Positions 61,011 through 64,000 of a stretch of DNA of 64,000 bases are shown piece after piece. The stretch spans positions 864,001-928,000 of the forward strand of contig OY970065.1 in NCBI GenBank assembly GCA_963705295.1. The letters are read 5' to 3'. A program made the position numbers and the translations under genes. Source of the stretch: Parachlamydiales bacterium. Its GTDB lineage: Bacteria; Chlamydiota; Chlamydiia; Chlamydiales; Rhabdochlamydiaceae. Below the pieces are notes generated by a model. The model searched no databases and had not been told where the DNA came from. It saw nothing but the letters and a program-made list of their open reading frames with translations. Positions within the stretch are counted from its first letter, which is position 1. Each line of letters starts with the position of its first letter.

Positions 61011-62006
61011 ATGGAATTTACTCAAATACAGCCACTCAAACAAAAAATTTCAAGAATTGGTCTCGGAACATGGGCCATTGGGGGATGGATGTGGGGTGGT
61101 ACCGACGAAAAAAATGCCATTGCAACCATTCATAAAGCCCTCGACCAGGGGATCAATTTGATCGATACAGCTCCCGTTTACGGATTTGGGGTTTCCGAGG
61201 AAATTGTTGGAAAAGCTTTGAAACAGTACGGGAAGCGAGATCGCGTTGTGATTTCGACCAAAGTCGGTCTAGTATGGACTGATCCTCAACATGTCTTTCG
61301 TGATTCGAGAAAGCAGATCCTCCAAAAACAGCTCGAAGATTCTTTAAAAAGACTCCAAACCGACTATATCGATATTTATTTTGTTCACTGGCCCGATCCT
61401 CAAACACCCTTTGATGAAACAGCAGAAAATCTCCTCCAATTACAAAAACAAGGCAAGATCCGTGCGATTGGAGTCAGTAATTTTTCTGTCGATCAAATGG
61501 AAGCTTTTCGAAAAGGGGGACCCCTCCATGTTCTCCAATCACCGTTTAATCTCTTTGAAGATGCCATCGAGAAAAATGAACTCGCCTACGCTCTCAAAAA
61601 CAAAATTGCCGTTCTGGGCTATGGTTCGCTCTGCCGTGGTATGCTATCGGGTAAAATGAGCAAAGAAAGACACTTCAAAGGGGACGACCTCCGCAAAGAC
61701 GATCCCAAATTCCAAGAGCCTCATTTTTCAGAATATCTCACTTGTATTGCAAGGCTGCAAGACTGGGTGAAGAAAAAATACAACAAACCTCTCATCGCTT
61801 TAGCCATCCGGTGGTCGCTCGACAAAGGGATCGATGTCGCCCTTTGGGGAGGCCGCAAGCCCGAACAAATGGAGGGAATCGATCCGATCTGGGGCTGGAA
61901 ATTAACCCGTCAAGATTTCGAAGAAATCGACCGAATCAAGCGAGAAACCCTCCTCACCCCGCTTCCGCAGAAGATGATGGCCCCCCCCGATCGTGAAGCT
62001 ATGTAG
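61011..62006 (+). CDS. Aldo/keto reductase (YhdN-like)
   Basis: IGLGTWAIGG, IDTAPVYGFG.SEE, TK, HWPD and GVSNF. Confidence 0.94.
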   Translation: MEFTQIQPLKQKISRIGLGTWAIGGWMWGGTDEKNAIATIHKALDQGINLIDTAPVYGFGVSEEIVGKALKQYGKRDRVVISTKVGLVWTDPQHVFRDSRKQILQKQLEDSLKRLQTDYIDIYFVHWPDPQTPFDETAENLLQLQKQGKIRAIGVSNFSVDQMEAFRKGGPLHVLQSPFNLFEDAIEKNELAYALKNKIAVLGYGSLCRGMLSGKMSKERHFKGDDLRKDDPKFQEPHFSEYLTCIARLQDWVKKKYNKPLIALAIRWSLDKGIDVALWGGRKPEQMEGIDPIWGWKLTRQDFEEIDRIKRETLLTPLPQKMMAPPDREAM

Positions 62007-62174
62007 TCGGTCCTGATTTAGTCGCTTTATCGGAGATTTACAATGGGTTTCGATGAGATTTTGCTTCCCACTTCGAGGACAATATGTGAGATCTGCATAT
62101 GGCCGAGAAATGGGAAGCAAAAGATCGCGAAACCCATGTAAAGATCCGATGAATGGATTAAATCAGGGCCGACT
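62005..62174 (+). repeat. Long-hairpin palindromic element type D between convergent genes
   Basis: AGTCGGTCCTGATTTA ... TAAATCAGGGCCGACT, with nested arms ATGGGTTTCG/CGAAACCCAT and TTTTGCTTCCCA/TGGGAAGCAAAA. Confidence 0.9.
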
Positions 62175-63209
62175 TGTAAGGTGATTTTCTTTATACCATT
62201 TGGCGGGATCTGCTTTGAGTCTTTCGATCATCGTTACGAGGGAGTTGTCGAGAGAATGTTTCGGCTCCCATTCTAAGTATTTCTTAGCTCTTGAAATATC
62301 GAGCTCGTAATGGTCATCGGCTATGTCGATCATCCACGGTTTGATAAACGGTTTTCTTTTTAAAGGAAGATGACACTCGATCCATGCACCGATTTTTGCT
62401 ACCCATTTAGGAATACGGTAAGTTTTAAATTCTTTCCCCCAAATCAGCCTGCTGATTTCTCTTTGTAATTGGTCATAGCTGAGGGTTTTTTCTTCAGCTA
62501 AATTCAAAACCAATTCTTGGGGCAATTTTTTTCTTAAATTGACCGCTTTTTCAATCGCATCCACCAGATCATCCATATGCAAAAAAGCTGCCCCATGTGT
62601 GATATTTCCTGAAAACAGCCGACTCTCCAGTTGTTTTTCATAAATTCTTTGGATTTGGTGGCTGAGTGGAATCGAATTACAGTTGTCATCATAAACACCC
62701 GCAATCCTCAAAATCAATGCAGGAATGTTTCCTCTTTTCTCATGGATAAGTTTTTCTGTTTTCACTTTTGAAAGTGGATAATCCCACTTGGGTTCAAGGG
62801 GAGAGTCTTCGTTTATTTTTTGCCCTGGATTACAGGGAGCATAGACCAACATCGAGCTCGAAAAAATAAATTGTTCTACTTCAAATTCTTGCAACGCCTT
62901 TAGAAGCCTTTCCGTCCCTTTCACCGTGATCAGTTCATATTTGTCCGAATGCTTCTCGTCAAAACTGTAATAAGCAGCCAAATGGATCACCGATGCAATC
63001 CGATTCCCATAAAAATGCCGAATGTGCATGAAAGCTTGGTGGACACTCTCATCAGAAGAGATATCCACAGGAATCAATTCTTCATTGGCAGAAGCATACA
63101 TAGCCTTCAAAAGTTCAAATCCGGCAATCCGATACTGCTCTCCGAGCCGCCGAACGACATTCGCCCCAATTTTTCCGCTACTTCCCGTGACAATGATAAT
63201 TTCCTTCAT
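62163..63209 (-). CDS. NAD-dependent epimerase/dehydratase (extended SDR)
   Basis: VTGSSGKIG, HLAA, SS and YPLSK. Confidence 0.9.
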   Translation of the reverse strand: MKEIIIVTGSSGKIGANVVRRLGEQYRIAGFELLKAMYASANEELIPVDISSDESVHQAFMHIRHFYGNRIASVIHLAAYYSFDEKHSDKYELITVKGTERLLKALQEFEVEQFIFSSSMLVYAPCNPGQKINEDSPLEPKWDYPLSKVKTEKLIHEKRGNIPALILRIAGVYDDNCNSIPLSHQIQRIYEKQLESRLFSGNITHGAAFLHMDDLVDAIEKAVNLRKKLPQELVLNLAEEKTLSYDQLQREISRLIWGKEFKTYRIPKWVAKIGAWIECHLPLKRKPFIKPWMIDIADDHYELDISRAKKYLEWEPKHSLDNSLVTMIERLKADPAKWYKENHLTSRP

Positions 63210-63235
63210 TTCTCTATTTCTATTATACTTAAGAA

Positions 63236-63646
63236 ATGATGACAAAAGAAAAAATGGAGGCATTAGAACGGAAAATGGAATCCCTCGGCCTCCACGAGTC
63301 CGATATCATTGAAAAATTCATCTTGGGTTCAGGAAGGGGAGGACAAAATCTTCAAAAAACCTCGTCGTGCGTCTATCTCAAGCACATTCCCACCGGCATC
63401 GAAGTGAAATGCCAGAAAGACAGATCCCGCGCGGTCAACCGCTACCTCGCTCGCCGTGAACTGTGCGAAAAATATGCATCCCAAATCCACAAAGTCAAAA
63501 CTGAAAAACAATCCCAGACCGAAAAGATCCGCCGTCAAAAACGTCGCCGGTCCCGCCGCTCTAAAGAAAAAATGTTAGAGAATAAAAAAGAAAAGGCCGA
63601 GACTAAAGAATTAAGAAAAACTCCCACTCGAAATGAATGGGAGTAA
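63236..63646 (+). CDS. Peptide chain release factor-like ribosome-rescue peptidyl-tRNA hydrolase
   Basis: [24 protein letters not shown] and a basic C-terminal tail. Confidence 0.88.
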   Translation: MMTKEKMEALERKMESLGLHESDIIEKFILGSGRGGQNLQKTSSCVYLKHIPTGIEVKCQKDRSRAVNRYLARRELCEKYASQIHKVKTEKQSQTEKIRRQKRRRSRRSKEKMLENKKEKAETKELRKTPTRNEWE

Positions 63647-63652
63647 AAAAAA

Positions 63653-63979
63653 TTAAGAAATGCGAGTGAAACGGGCTGGTACGAGTTTTGCAGCGAGTTG
63701 AAGCGGAGCCCAAGTCTCATTGCTAATGCGGACAGGTCCAAGCCATCTCAATACTTGGTTGTAAATTTGAGGTGCTGGTCCAAAAACAGCTTTAACAGCC
63801 TCGGCACCGAGCGCTCCAGCAGCACAATAAACAATACCACGATAAAGAAGTGTTTTATTAGAAGCTTCTTTGACTTGTCCTTTTCCTGCTACTTGAATAG
63901 GATCAACGAGATTTGCATACTCGAGTCCTGCATGAATTTTGTCAGATACATATTTAGTAAATTCACTTTTAGCAACCAT
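63653..63979 (-). CDS. Hypothetical protein
   Basis: 108-aa ORF with no recognisable motif. Confidence 0.55.
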   Translation of the reverse strand: MVAKSEFTKYVSDKIHAGLEYANLVDPIQVAGKGQVKEASNKTLLYRGIVYCAAGALGAEAVKAVFGPAPQIYNQVLRWLGPVRISNETWAPLQLAAKLVPARFTRIS

Positions 63980-64000
63980 TTTACTAATGATTCGGTTAAA

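Overview
Chromosomal segment of a bacterium that is very probably an environmental member of Chlamydiota. This rests on the lysS/priA and ftsY-sucC-sucD-(htrA) neighbourhoods, a chlamydia-type insert in LysS and many orphan effector-like ORFs, all judged by recognition rather than database search. Bases 1-22 kb are mostly housekeeping genes: lysS, alr, priA, ftsY, sucCD, htrA, surE, putP, ttcA, tRNA-Thr and tRNA-Tyr. An ~8.7-kb capsid-less integrative element resembling a phage satellite sits in tRNA-Tyr between 67-bp att repeats. It carries a tyrosine integrase, a primase, a DUF927 helicase, an iteron cluster, an HGGxSTG protein and a toxin-antitoxin operon. It is followed by a hicAB pair whose toxin needs a -1 frameshift. 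Bases 33-64 kb are a mixed accessory and metabolic region. The most striking unexplained signal is a set of seven ~155-180-bp long-hairpin elements of four sequence types (A-D). They share a strand-specific tandem G.A motif, show compensatory stem changes and swap modules. They sit at TA/TTAA sites, mostly have 3n insertion lengths and invade genes; one adds exactly 54 codons in frame to an aldo-keto reductase.
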